Positions 12,847 to 22,883 of a DNA stretch of 64,000 bases are shown piece after piece (within the stretch, counting starts at the first letter, position 1; each line of letters starts with the position of its first letter). The DNA is from an uncultured delta proteobacterium. GTDB lineage: Bacteria; Myxococcota_A; Polyangia; Fen-1088. The DNA lies in the NCBI GenBank assembly GCA_963767925.1, contig CAVYGB010000008.1, positions 2,272,001-2,336,000 of the forward strand, read 5' to 3'. The notes under the pieces are model-generated. The model did no database searches. It was not told where the DNA came from and saw only the letters and a program-made list of their open reading frames with translations. The translations under genes were made by a program, and so were the position numbers.

Positions 12847-15430
12847 GCGCCTCGCGAACCGCCGCCTGGACCACCGGCTCGGCCTCCTTCGCCAGGGCCG
12901 CCCGCAAGGTGGCGGCGAGGGCGGGCGCCGAGGTCGGGCTGGCGGTCCCGATCCGTCCGAGGGCCTCCGCGGCCGCCACCCGCACGGTCACGTATTCGTC
13001 GTCGACCAGGCGCTCCTCGAGGGCGGGGATCGCGGCGGGATCGCCCAGCGCGCCCAGCGCGGTCACGGTCTGCTGCCGCCCCATCACCGCCCCGAGGTGA
13101 CCGACGAGGACGGGGGTGGCCCGCCGATCCTCGAGCTTGCCCAGGGCCTCCACGATCGGCCGGCAGACGGCGACCTCCTTGCAGCGGCCCAGCTCCTCGG
13201 CGAGGGCGGGCAAGCCGGCGGCGTTGCCCGCGCGGGCGAGCAGGAGCGCCGCCTGCAGGCGCAGCGCGGGCGGCGATCCCGAAGCAGCCAGGGCGACCAG
13301 CCGCTCGCCGACGGCGGCATCGCCGAGCCGGGCCAGCGCCACCGTGGTCCAGTCGCGCAGGCCGGGTTCGGCCGCGCTCAGGTTGACCCGCAGGGCAGCG
13401 GCGGTGCGGGGCTGGGCGGGCAGCACGGTGGCCAGCAGGCGCGCTGCCTCTTCGCGGATCGGAGCGGGATGTTCGGCCGAGAGCAGGGCGGCCACCGGAT
13501 CCACCGAGGCAGGATCGCCCAGGCGGGCGCGCTCGAGGACGAGCCGATCGGCGCCTCCCGCCGCGGAGCGGGCGAAGCGGGTCTGGTCGGCGACCCAGGC
13601 CTCGAGCTCGCCTCGCAGAGCGGCGACGCGCGCCGGATTTTCGTCGGCCAGGTTCCGCGTCTCGCCGGGATCGGCCCGCAGGTCGTGGTAGGCGCAGAAG
13701 TTCTCCCGGGTCTCGCAGATCAGCTTGTCGGACAGGGAGGCCACCATGCGGGTCTGCTCGAGCTCGGCGAAGGCGTGGCCCAGGCGCGCGGTGGGCGCCG
13801 GCGGCGCGCGCAGCCAGGGTCCCAGGTCGGTCCCCTGCATCCGGACCGGCACCGGGATGTCGAGCAGGCCGAGGACGGTGGGGGCGATGTCGACGAGCTC
13901 GACCGGTCCCGGCACCACCTGGGCGGGCGAGTCCGGGACGGCGATGATGAGCGGCACCCGGATCTGCTCGTCGTAGAGCGAGCTGCCGTGGTAGCGGGAC
14001 TTGTGCTCGTCGAAGGCCTCGCCGTGGTCTGCGGTGACGATGAAGACGGTCCCCGGTCGATGTTTCTCGAAGTAGGCGACGAGGCGGCCGACCGCCGCGT
14101 CGGTGTAGGCGATCTCGCTGTCGTAGCGATCGATGTCCCGGGGGCCGAAGTCGTGGCCGGCCCAGGCCTCGTAGGGCTCGTGGGGCTCGAAGAAATGGAT
14201 CCAGAGAAAGACCCGCCGGGGCCGCTCCTGCTCGAAGAACTCGGCGATCTGCGCCAGCCGGGCGTGGGCGTCGAGGTATTCGACCTTGACGTATTCGAAC
14301 TCGAAGTTGCTCTTCTCGAACTCGCGCAGCTTGTCCGCCTCGACGTAAAACACCGCCTCCGGGTAAAAGGCGGCCGTCTTCCAGCCGTACCGGCGGAGCT
14401 GGAACGGCAAGGCGTCGCTCGACCGTCCTGGCTCCAGCCGGGCCTGGGTCGGGTAATAAAGGCCGGTGAGCATCGAGGTCACCGAAAACGAGGTGTGGGG
14501 CGCCTGGGCGTAGGCCCGCTCGAACCGCACGCCCCGGCGGGCCAGGGCGTCGATGTTGGGCGTGGTGGGCCGGCCGTAGCCGTAAGCGCCGACGTGGTCG
14601 GCGCGGAGCGCGTCCACCGTGATGAGCACGACGTCCGCCTCGCGGCGGATCGGCCCCGGGGCGAGCGGCGCCCCCGCGGCGGCCTCCAGGGAGGCGGAGG
14701 GTCGGGCCAGCGCGCGCCGGGGGGGGCGCAGGGGAGAGGCCCGCACGGCGTGGGCGATGAGGTGGGTCTTCTCGTGGGCGGCGAACAGGAGCAGGTGGCT
14801 GCGCCCGACGATCACGAGCCCCAGGCCAGCGCTGGCGACCGCCAGGACCAGGCCCACCGCCAGGGAACGCCCGGGCTGCCGCCGCGGCGAGCGGGCCAGC
14901 GCCATCCGGAAGGACAGCACGGCCGCCACCACGAGGACCAGCGCCAGGGTGGCGTGGAACCAGGGATAGAGCCGGGGCAGGACGATCCGGTTGGCGAAGA
15001 AGGCGGCCAGCGCCGTCGCCCCCAGCAACCCGGCCCATAGTCGGGCGCTGCGCGCGGGGCGCGCGCCGCTCTCGACCCGCTCGAGGTCAGCCGCCAGTCG
15101 GCCGGCCGCCCAGCCCACGAACGCCAGGCCGGCCAGGAACACGGCCAGGGACAGCAGCGGCCGCCCGGGGATGCGGGCCGCGCGGGTGCCGCCGAACATG
15201 GCCAGGGCGTCGTAAGCCACCACCGGCAAGGCGAGCAGGAGGGCCGCCACCTGGGCGGCGCGACGGGTGAGGACCGGACCGCCCAGGCGGGCGACCGCCG
15301 CGCGCAGGCCGAGGAAGACCAGGGTCGCGACCGCCGCCGCCAGGGCCACACAGCCGAGGCCGACCAGCACCAGGTTGAGATTGGAGAGCCGCCGAGGCAT
15401 CAGGAGGGCGGCCCCGGCGCCGTCCAGCAA
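12770..15430 (-). CDS. Membrane-anchored sulfatase-like (alkaline phosphatase superfamily) protein with C-terminal HEAT repeats
   Basis: Several N-terminal TMs; VVLITVDALRADH, TPNIDALA, HFFEPHEPY, YDSEIAYTD, TADHGEAF; HEAT repeats (ALGALGDPAAIPAL, VRVAAAEALGRIG). Alternative start ATG 15400. Confidence 0.8.
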   Translation of the reverse strand: MLDGAGAALLMPRRLSNLNLVLVGLGCVALAAAVATLVFLGLRAAVARLGGPVLTRRAAQVAALLLALPVVAYDALAMFGGTRAARIPGRPLLSLAVFLAGLAFVGWAAGRLAADLERVESGARPARSARLWAGLLGATALAAFFANRIVLPRLYPWFHATLALVLVVAAVLSFRMALARSPRRQPGRSLAVGLVLAVASAGLGLVIVGRSHLLLFAAHEKTHLIAHAVRASPLRPPRRALARPSASLEAAAGAPLAPGPIRREADVVLITVDALRADHVGAYGYGRPTTPNIDALARRGVRFERAYAQAPHTSFSVTSMLTGLYYPTQARLEPGRSSDALPFQLRRYGWKTAAFYPEAVFYVEADKLREFEKSNFEFEYVKVEYLDAHARLAQIAEFFEQERPRRVFLWIHFFEPHEPYEAWAGHDFGPRDIDRYDSEIAYTDAAVGRLVAYFEKHRPGTVFIVTADHGEAFDEHKSRYHGSSLYDEQIRVPLIIAVPDSPAQVVPGPVELVDIAPTVLGLLDIPVPVRMQGTDLGPWLRAPPAPTARLGHAFAELEQTRMVASLSDKLICETRENFCAYHDLRADPGETRNLADENPARVAALRGELEAWVADQTRFARSAAGGADRLVLERARLGDPASVDPVAALLSAEHPAPIREEAARLLATVLPAQPRTAAALRVNLSAAEPGLRDWTTVALARLGDAAVGERLVALAASGSPPALRLQAALLLARAGNAAGLPALAEELGRCKEVAVCRPIVEALGKLEDRRATPVLVGHLGAVMGRQQTVTALGALGDPAAIPALEERLVDDEYVTVRVAAAEALGRIGTASPTSAPALAATLRAALAKEAEPVVQAAVREALRVLAPSSPRSSANKARSQRPAPRR

Positions 15431-15462
15431 CCCGGCGGCCGCGCCGCCCAGGAGGGCGGCAG

Positions 15463-16107
15463 CTAGCGGAAGGTGAACCGCAGCTCGTAGTCGCAGATGT
15501 TGAATACGTCGCCCTCTTCGATGCGCTTGTTGTCGATGCGCACGCCGTTGTAGTCGATCCCGTTTGTCGAGCCGAGATCCTTGATGAAGTAGGCGCCGTT
15601 GCGGCGAATCACGGCGGCGTGCTTGCGCGAGATGTTCCCGTCACGGATGGGCAGGTCCGAGGACTTGGACCCCCGTCCGATGATGAACTGTTCCTTGTCG
15701 ACGAGGTACTTCTGGCTCTGGAAGACCAGATAGAGCGCCGGGGCGGCGAGGTTCTCCACCTCCGGAGGCTCCAGGGGGGCCGCCCGGGCCGCCGCCTGGG
15801 GCGCGGGCAACTGGCTGGCCGCGGCCGCACGTACCGGCAGGGCCGACGTGCGCAGCGAGCCCGGCGTTCCCCCCTGCACCGGCCGCCGCGCCGGCGGGGG
15901 CGGAGGCGCTGTCCGCCCGGGGGTCGGGCGGGGACCGTCGTTGTCGGTCGGCAAATAGCCCTTCTCGCGGGCAAAGAACCGCATCGCCTCGTTGACCAGC
16001 TCGTCCACGCCGCGGTCGAGGTCTTCCGACATGCGCTCGAAGCTGTGCCAGAGGGAATCTCGGCAATAAAAATGTCGCAGGGTCTTCCTGTTTGGGTCAG
16101 CCGTCAT
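15463..16107 (-). CDS. FHA-domain protein with N-terminal ribbon-helix-helix-like segment
   Basis: FHA motifs IIGRG, ISRKHA, KDLGSTNG; Pro/Ala linker; N-terminal strand-helix-helix pattern. Confidence 0.85.
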   Translation of the reverse strand: MTADPNRKTLRHFYCRDSLWHSFERMSEDLDRGVDELVNEAMRFFAREKGYLPTDNDGPRPTPGRTAPPPPPARRPVQGGTPGSLRTSALPVRAAAASQLPAPQAAARAAPLEPPEVENLAAPALYLVFQSQKYLVDKEQFIIGRGSKSSDLPIRDGNISRKHAAVIRRNGAYFIKDLGSTNGIDYNGVRIDNKRIEEGDVFNICDYELRFTFR

Positions 16108-16131
16108 CGGATGTCTCGGCGCCCCCCGGCC

Positions 16132-17433
16132 TTACGGTTTACCACCGTCTGCCCGAGTCTGCAGAATTCCCGCGATGCGCGCCGCTTCACGGCCCACCGT
16201 GGCTCCGGCAGGAAACCCACGCACCGTCGCCCGATCGCCGGTCAGCTTGGCCACCTCGGGTCCGTCGGCGGCGGTGCCGACCGCCTCGAACGCCAGCACG
16301 GCGGTCATGCGGGCCAGCGGTGAACGCGAGGTGAGGGACTTGACGATGGCCGGACGGGCCGCGATCCCGACCTTCTGGATGTCCTTGACCAGGAAGTCGA
16401 CGACGTCTTCTCGCTTGTAGGAGGCAGCAGCGGGGAAGGCCTCCAGGGCCGCCGGGATGACGGCCTCCTTGCCGATCGCCACGGCCGTCTCGTAGGCCCG
16501 GTAGCGGACGATCGGATCGGGATCGGTGACGATGACCCGGATGGCGCCTTCGGCCGCCTCCGGTGTCCCCACGTACTCCAGGAGCCCGAACATCTCGTCC
16601 CGCACGGCCTTGTTCGCCCGCTGATCTCCCGCCATGCGCATGGCGAAGTTGACCAGGGCGGGGGTGCGCGGCCCCTGTTGCAGGGCCTGCGCGGCGAGCA
16701 CGGCGTCGCGCTCGTGGCCCTTTTCGACCTTCTCCTGCAAGAACGCCAGGGCGCTCGCGCCGCCCAGCAGGCCGAGCGAGCGCCAGAGCTGGGGGGGCAC
16801 CGAAGGCAGCCCGGCCGCCTTGCCGACCAGGCTCTTTCCCCCGCGCTCGCGGGTCTCGGGATCGCCGACCTTGGCCAGCAGGTCCACCACCCCGAGATAA
16901 GGTGCGTTCGGGTCTTCCAGGATCTGCAGCAACATCGGGCCGGCGGTGGTTCCCACCGCCTGGAGGATCACCTCCACCGAATAGCGGCCTCCCGAGACGC
17001 GTCCCGCCCGCAGCTCCCGGGACAGCGCCGGCAACAGGACGGCGTCGACCAGTGCCTGCTCGGCGGGCGGCAGCTGGGTCCGGAGGGCAAAGAGGGTGTC
17101 GCGGGCCTCCCGGGCCTTGGTGACCTCGGCCGCCTGCACGACCCCCGCCAGCAGGGGGACCAGCTCGGCGGCCACTGCCGTGCGGGCGGCCGGTGTCAGG
17201 CCGGTGAGGGTCCGCTCGGCGGTCTCGGCCTCGCCGATCTCGACCAGAGCCAGCGCGGCCTCCGCCCGCAGCTTGGGCGCCACCGCGCCGTCGGCCAGGG
17301 CGCCCTCGAGCTTGCGGGGGCCCTTGGCGGTCCCCTTCCAGCGCTGGATGTTGCCGGAGTCGACGTTGTCACACGCCAGTCCCAGCGAGACCCACGCCCC
17401 GAGTGTGGCGGCGGCGATGGCCCACCTTTTCAT
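16132..17433 (-). CDS. HEAT/ARM-repeat lipoprotein
   Basis: Signal peptide ending LGLAC; helical repeats (LRAEAALAL, IVRYRAYE, LARMTAVLAF). Confidence 0.7.
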   Translation of the reverse strand: MKRWAIAAATLGAWVSLGLACDNVDSGNIQRWKGTAKGPRKLEGALADGAVAPKLRAEAALALVEIGEAETAERTLTGLTPAARTAVAAELVPLLAGVVQAAEVTKAREARDTLFALRTQLPPAEQALVDAVLLPALSRELRAGRVSGGRYSVEVILQAVGTTAGPMLLQILEDPNAPYLGVVDLLAKVGDPETRERGGKSLVGKAAGLPSVPPQLWRSLGLLGGASALAFLQEKVEKGHERDAVLAAQALQQGPRTPALVNFAMRMAGDQRANKAVRDEMFGLLEYVGTPEAAEGAIRVIVTDPDPIVRYRAYETAVAIGKEAVIPAALEAFPAAASYKREDVVDFLVKDIQKVGIAARPAIVKSLTSRSPLARMTAVLAFEAVGTAADGPEVAKLTGDRATVRGFPAGATVGREAARIAGILQTRADGGKP

Positions 17434-17639
17434 GGAAGACGGGCATGTTATCCAGTGGATCTTTTTTCGGTCAAGTTACCCGACGTCCTCGAGCAAGGAA
17501 GTTTGGTTTTCCCCTTCCTCCGCCACCTGACCGCTAACGGGCGGCGGCCGCCGCCGTGGCCCCTCTCCTGGGGGCCCCCTGGTCACGGGGCCCTCGGTTG
17601 CGGGGCCCGGGGGGTTCGGCTAACGTCGGAAGGCCCTTG

Positions 17640-19154
17640 ATGTCCGCCGGCAACGGGCGCTGTCTCCCGATAACGTCCACCGTGGCGCTGGCGGCAGCCC
17701 TCGTCCTGCCGGCCAGCGCGACCGGCAGCCCGCTCGACGATCCTCACATCGGGGGCATCGGCTTTTCCAGCCCGGCCGCTCCCGAGCTGTCTTCCATCTA
17801 CTGGAACCCGGCGGCCGTGGGCCTCGTGACGGGCAACCAGGCCACGGTCGGAGGCACGGGCCGCTTCAGCAGCCTCGGTCTGACCCGCGCTCCCATCGAC
17901 CCGGCCAGCGGGCTGCCCGGTGGCTCGCGGACGTTTTCCCCGGCCAGCGGCCGGAGCCGCCTGCACCCCATCGGGTGGCCGCTCGGTCCAGGGGGGTTCC
18001 TGGGACTCACCGCCTCGGTGGGGACCCGGTTCACCTTTGGCCTGGCCACCTACTCCCCCTTCAACCAGCAGGTCAGCTGGTCGGCGACGCCCGACGGGAG
18101 CGAGCCGGCGCGCTACCACGCCGTCGCCACCGATCTGCGCAATCTGGCGCTGGTGCCTGCCGTCTCCATCCGGCTCGGAAGCGGCGTCCGCTTCGGGGCC
18201 GCCCCCGGGTTCCTGCTCTCGGTGGGCCGGCTGGTTGTCGACCAGGACACCGCCCTCTCGCCCACCGATCCTCCCTCCTGCGCGGGGGCGCCCTGCGGGC
18301 CCGAGAACCCGGCCGCGGCGGCCCGCTACGACGTCTCCTCGGGCTTCGACCTCCTCGACGGCTCGCTCTCGCTGACCGTGGCGGGCGGATTGCACATCGA
18401 TCGCCCGAAGTGGATGTTCGGGGTGGCCTTCATCAGCCGGCCGCTCGGCACCCGCGAGGGGGTCGAGATCAAGGGGCGCGTGACCCAGATCCAGCCCGCG
18501 GCGGCCGCGGTCGGCCCACCCCTGTGCCCGGCCGAGACCACGTCGTGCCTCTGGAGCCAGGCGGTCTACCAGCTCCCGGACACGCTGACCGCCGGGCTCG
18601 ACCTGAGGCTCGCTGAGGGCTGGCTGGTCGGGGGCGTAGTCCGCTGGCTCAACCTCTCCCGCCACGAGGCCATCCGGATCCGGGTGGTCGGCCCGGCCAG
18701 CAGCAGCCTGCGGGCGCTGGCCCTGCCCGAGGAGCTGGTCCTTTACCGGGGGCTGCGCGACGTCTTCGACGTGCGCCTGCGGGCGGTCCATCGCCTGCGC
18801 GACTGGATCGAGATCGGCGCCGTCCTGCGGGGCGAGAGCGCCGCCGTCCGATCCGAGGACCTGTCGGCTGGCTTCGTCGACGGGGCCAAGATCGAGCCCG
18901 CCCTGGCGGTTCGCCTCCGGATTGGCTCCGGCTTCTCCCTGTCGGCGGGGTATGCCTTCACCTTCGTTCCCGGGCGGGAGGTCGACCGCTCGGCCTTCGA
19001 TCCCGGGGTCGAGGGCGCCTGCGTGCAGGTCGGTGGGGACCTCGCCAGCGAGCCTTGCCGCAAGCGCCAGGCGGGGCTGGGCCGCCCGAGCGCCGCCGGC
19101 CGGTACCGCCTCCACACCCACAACATGAGCCTGACGCTCACCGCGCAGCTCTAG
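17640..19154 (+). CDS. OmpP1/FadL/TodX-like outer membrane beta-barrel transporter
   Basis: Signal peptide; hatch motif SIYWNPAA; FGLATYSPF; alternating beta-strands; C-terminal strand MSLTLTAQL. Confidence 0.7.
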   Translation: MSAGNGRCLPITSTVALAAALVLPASATGSPLDDPHIGGIGFSSPAAPELSSIYWNPAAVGLVTGNQATVGGTGRFSSLGLTRAPIDPASGLPGGSRTFSPASGRSRLHPIGWPLGPGGFLGLTASVGTRFTFGLATYSPFNQQVSWSATPDGSEPARYHAVATDLRNLALVPAVSIRLGSGVRFGAAPGFLLSVGRLVVDQDTALSPTDPPSCAGAPCGPENPAAAARYDVSSGFDLLDGSLSLTVAGGLHIDRPKWMFGVAFISRPLGTREGVEIKGRVTQIQPAAAAVGPPLCPAETTSCLWSQAVYQLPDTLTAGLDLRLAEGWLVGGVVRWLNLSRHEAIRIRVVGPASSSLRALALPEELVLYRGLRDVFDVRLRAVHRLRDWIEIGAVLRGESAAVRSEDLSAGFVDGAKIEPALAVRLRIGSGFSLSAGYAFTFVPGREVDRSAFDPGVEGACVQVGGDLASEPCRKRQAGLGRPSAAGRYRLHTHNMSLTLTAQL

Positions 19155-19180
19155 CGGGAATGGTTTAAATAGAGGTGGTC

Positions 19181-20608
19181 ATGGGCAAGACGTCGTCCTT
19201 TGCGGCCCTCTCGCTGGTCGGAGTTTCCTGCGCCAGCGTGGGGTCGCTGCTGGGCACCGGGCGCGACCGGACGCCGCGGCCGAAGGCGGCCCCGGTGGAG
19301 GTCCCCAGCCGCGCACTGGTCAGCGAGGCGCCCCTGGGACCGCTCACCATCCAGAAGTGGCGCTACCGCAACGGGCTCGAGGTGGTCCTGGTCCCCGACC
19401 CGGCCGCCACCAGCGTGGCCTACATGACCTGGTTCCGGGTCGGCTCGCGCGACGAGGACGCGGCCGCCGGCGAGACCGGTCTGGCCCACCTGTTCGAGCA
19501 CCTCATGTTCACCCAGACCCGCAGCGCGAGCGCGCCGGGGGAGTTCGATCGCCGCATGGAGGAGGCGGGCGCCCACACCAACGCCATGACCTACTACGAC
19601 TTCACGGCCTACATCGACGAGCTGCCCGCCAGCGCCTTGCCGCTGACCATCGAGCTCGAGGCCGATCGCATGGTGAACCTGGCGCTGACCGAGCAGCAGG
19701 TCAGCACCGAACGGGACGTCGTGGCCGAGGAGCGGCTCGGCGTCGTCGACGACAGCGTCGACGGAACCCTCGACGAGACGCTTTACGGGCAGGCCTACCA
19801 GCGCCACCCCTACCGCTACCCGGTGATCGGCCGCATGGAGGACATCCAGGCCGTCACCAAGGACAAGGCCACCCACTTTTACCGGACGTATTACGCCCCC
19901 AACAACGCGGTGGTGGTGGTCGCCGGCCGCTTCGAGGTGGAGCCGGTCCTGGAGGGCATCGAGCGCCACTACGGCGCCATCCCCGCCTCGGACACCCTGC
20001 CCGCCTCCGCGATCACCCCCGAGTCGGCCCCGGCGGTGGCGGCGCGAACCGAGATCGCCCGGCCGGTTCCCGCCGACCGCTTCGTGGTCGGCCTGCCCGC
20101 CCCGGCCCTGGCGGCGCCCGACCGGGCCGCCTTCGAAGTGCTCGACGAGATCCTCACGGGTGGGCCCTCGGCCCGGCTCTACCGGCGGCTGGTGGTGCAG
20201 GAGGAGATCGCCTCTTCGGTGGACGGCAGCCCGGCCGCCACCCGGGACCCCGGCCTCTACACCTTGTGGGTGCAGATGCGGCGGGGGCACCGGGCGGAAG
20301 AGGCCGAGGCGCTGCTGACGGCCGAGATGGAGGCCCTGGCCCGGACGCCCCCTTCGGAGGCCGACCTGGCCAAGGCCAAGAACCGGATCGAGACCGGGTT
20401 CTGGCGGGCCCTGGCCTCCAGCGAGGGCAAGGCCACCCAGCTCGGTGAGTTCGAGGTGGTGGCCGGCGACTACCGCAAGCTGCTGGAGCGCCCGGCGGAG
20501 ATCACGCGTGTGACCGCCGCCGACGTCCAGCGCGCCGCCGGGCAATACCTGGCAGGGCGGCCGCGGGTGGTGGTCGTCGCGCGCCCGGCGCCGCCCGCCC
20601 GACCATGA
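19181..20608 (+). CDS. M16 (insulinase/pitrilysin) zinc peptidase, catalytic subunit
   Basis: GLAHLFEHLMF (HxxEH), NAMT..D.T.Y, LEADRM, ERDVVAEER, HPYRYPVIG, YYAPNNA. Confidence 0.92.
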   Translation: MGKTSSFAALSLVGVSCASVGSLLGTGRDRTPRPKAAPVEVPSRALVSEAPLGPLTIQKWRYRNGLEVVLVPDPAATSVAYMTWFRVGSRDEDAAAGETGLAHLFEHLMFTQTRSASAPGEFDRRMEEAGAHTNAMTYYDFTAYIDELPASALPLTIELEADRMVNLALTEQQVSTERDVVAEERLGVVDDSVDGTLDETLYGQAYQRHPYRYPVIGRMEDIQAVTKDKATHFYRTYYAPNNAVVVVAGRFEVEPVLEGIERHYGAIPASDTLPASAITPESAPAVAARTEIARPVPADRFVVGLPAPALAAPDRAAFEVLDEILTGGPSARLYRRLVVQEEIASSVDGSPAATRDPGLYTLWVQMRRGHRAEEAEALLTAEMEALARTPPSEADLAKAKNRIETGFWRALASSEGKATQLGEFEVVAGDYRKLLERPAEITRVTAADVQRAAGQYLAGRPRVVVVARPAPPARP

Positions 20609-21999
20609 GGTCCGACCTTGCACGCCCAGCTACGGTTCTCCTCATGGCGGTAGGCACCCTGCTCTCGAGTCCCACCGTCGAGGCGGGCGCCCGGCAGGGG
20701 ACCGGCCCGGCCGGCGCGCGGGTGCTGGTCGACCAGGCCCCTGCCCTGCCCCTCGTGTGGGTGACGGTCGCCGCCCGGACCGGCTCGGCGGACGATCCCA
20801 AGGGCAAGGAAGGACTGGCCACGTTCGCCGCGGAGCTGGCCCGCCGGGGCGCGGGCGGACGGCCCCGGGCCGCGCTCGACGACGCCCTCGACGGCCTGGG
20901 GGCCACCCTGGCGGTGGACGTGGATCAGGATTCGGTCCGGCTGGCCGGACAGGTGCTGGTGCGCCACCTCGACGCCTTCCTCGATCTGCTGGCCCACGTG
21001 GTCCTGCGGCCCGACTTCCCCGCCGACGAGCTGGAGCGGACGCGCAAGGAGCTCGTCGCCCAGCTCGAGGAGGCGCGCAACGACGACCAGGCGCTGTGCG
21101 CGCGCTTCTTCGAGCGGCGCCTGTACGGCGATCACCCCTACGGCCGGCCCCCCGAAGGGACCGCCAAGAGCCTGGCCCGGCTCCGCCGCGACGACGTCGT
21201 CCGGCAACACGCCCGGGCCTTCGTCGGCCGCAACCTGATCTTCGCCGCGGCCGGCGGCATCACGCTGGAAGACTTCACCGCCCGCCTGCAGAGCCGCTTC
21301 GCCGAGCTGGCGCCCGGGGTCGAAGAGCCGCCGGTCGAGCTGCCTACTCCCCCGCCGCACGAGGGCTGGCGCCTGCAGCTCGTGGACAAGCCCGATCGGC
21401 AGCAGACCCAGATCATGTTCGGCCACCCCACCCTGCCGGCCAGCCATCCCGACCGCATCCCGCTGGCCCTGGCCCTCGCCACCTTCGGCGGCCGGGGGAT
21501 GACGTCCACCCTGATGGACGAGGTGCGCACGAAGCGCGGACTGGCCTATGGGGCGTACATGAGCCTGGCCAGCCGTCGAGGGCCCGGGGCGGTGCGGGGC
21601 TGGGTCTTCACCTCGGTCAAGCGCACGGTGACAACCCTGAAGCTCGTCCTCCGGCTGTATCGGCAGCTCCGCAAGGGGGGCATCGCCGAGGACCGCCTGC
21701 GCTTCTTCCAGGGCTTCGTGGCCGGGACCCACGCCTCCGAGATGGACGATCCCGCGCGCCGGCTGGACGCGCGCGTGACAGCGGAGACGCGCGGCCTGCC
21801 CGGCGACGACATCGACACCTTCGCCGAGCGCATCCGGGCGGTCAGCCCGGCCGAGGTCAAGGGCGCCCTCGCGCGGCACATCGATCCAGAGAACCTGGCC
21901 ATCACCCTGGTTGCCACCTCCGACGTCGTCCGCCCGCTCCTCCTGCGCTCGGGCATCGCCGAGGGGGCCATCGACGTGGTCCCCTTCGACTCGTATTGA
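20605..21999 (+). CDS. M16 peptidase partner subunit lacking HxxEH
   Basis: GSADDPKGKEGLA, YGDHPYGRP, EVRTKRGLAYG (R/Y pair); start overlaps previous stop. Confidence 0.88.
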   Translation: MRSDLARPATVLLMAVGTLLSSPTVEAGARQGTGPAGARVLVDQAPALPLVWVTVAARTGSADDPKGKEGLATFAAELARRGAGGRPRAALDDALDGLGATLAVDVDQDSVRLAGQVLVRHLDAFLDLLAHVVLRPDFPADELERTRKELVAQLEEARNDDQALCARFFERRLYGDHPYGRPPEGTAKSLARLRRDDVVRQHARAFVGRNLIFAAAGGITLEDFTARLQSRFAELAPGVEEPPVELPTPPPHEGWRLQLVDKPDRQQTQIMFGHPTLPASHPDRIPLALALATFGGRGMTSTLMDEVRTKRGLAYGAYMSLASRRGPGAVRGWVFTSVKRTVTTLKLVLRLYRQLRKGGIAEDRLRFFQGFVAGTHASEMDDPARRLDARVTAETRGLPGDDIDTFAERIRAVSPAEVKGALARHIDPENLAITLVATSDVVRPLLLRSGIAEGAIDVVPFDSY

Positions 22000-22006
22000 A
22001 GTCCCC

Positions 22007-22816
22007 TCAGGCGCCGGTCAGCGCCCTGCGGGCGGCGGCCGGATCGTTGGTGATGATCGCGTCGACCCCCATGGCCGCCAGGGCACGCAGGCGGGTGGGG
22101 TCGTCGACCGTCCAGGTGTTCACCCGATAGCCGGCCCGGTGCCAGCGCTCGACCCGGTCCGGCTGACACAGAGAGGCCTCGGGGTGCGCGGCGGCCGGCC
22201 GCAACAGGGGCAACGTGAGGGCCCTGGCCAGCTCCAGCGGGCCCCCGGCCTCGAACAGCAGGGCGCAGGGGACCCGCGGCTCGGCGCCCTTCCACAGCCC
22301 CACCGCCCGCGGGTCGAACGAGGACACGATCACGCGGTCTTCTGTCCGGCAGCGCCGGATCGACGTGCGCACCCCCTCGACCAGCCGGGGCAGGTCCCGG
22401 TCGAACAGCCCCCCGCTCTTCAGCTCCACGTTCACGAGGAGCGTGGGCCCAGAGGCCTCGAAGGCCTCGTCAAGCAGGGGGATACCGCCCCCGCCCCGCA
22501 GCCGGACCGTGCGCAGGAACGAAAGGTTCCGGCCCGCCACCCGGTCGGGGCGGTCGGCGAGCCGGCTCAGGTCGTCGTCGTGGAAGACGACAACCTCGCC
22601 GGTCCGGCAGCAGAGCACGTCGAGCTCGACCCCGTCGGCGCGGTCACGCGCTGCGCGTTCGAACGCGGCGAGGGTGTTCTCGGTGGCCTGCGCGCTGGCG
22701 CCCCGGTGGCCGATGATCAAGGGCCGGGGGGCCGGTCCATCCCACCCTGTCTTCCTCCCCGTCGTCCCCGCCGTCGTCCTCCCCGACTTGCCCGCCCCGC
22801 CGTCGTCCCCGTCCAT
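22007..22816 (-). CDS. Glycerophosphodiester phosphodiesterase
   Basis: IIGHRGAS..ENTLAAF, GVELDV, VVFHD, NVELK, SSFD, WTVDD, GVDAIITN. Confidence 0.92.
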   Translation of the reverse strand: MDGDDGGAGKSGRTTAGTTGRKTGWDGPAPRPLIIGHRGASAQATENTLAAFERAARDRADGVELDVLCCRTGEVVVFHDDDLSRLADRPDRVAGRNLSFLRTVRLRGGGGIPLLDEAFEASGPTLLVNVELKSGGLFDRDLPRLVEGVRTSIRRCRTEDRVIVSSFDPRAVGLWKGAEPRVPCALLFEAGGPLELARALTLPLLRPAAAHPEASLCQPDRVERWHRAGYRVNTWTVDDPTRLRALAAMGVDAIITNDPAAARRALTGA

Positions 22817-22883
22817 GGAATCATATATATAGCGCCCGGGCGCATATAGCGTCGGACCGGGGCGGGCGATAGACTTCCACATC

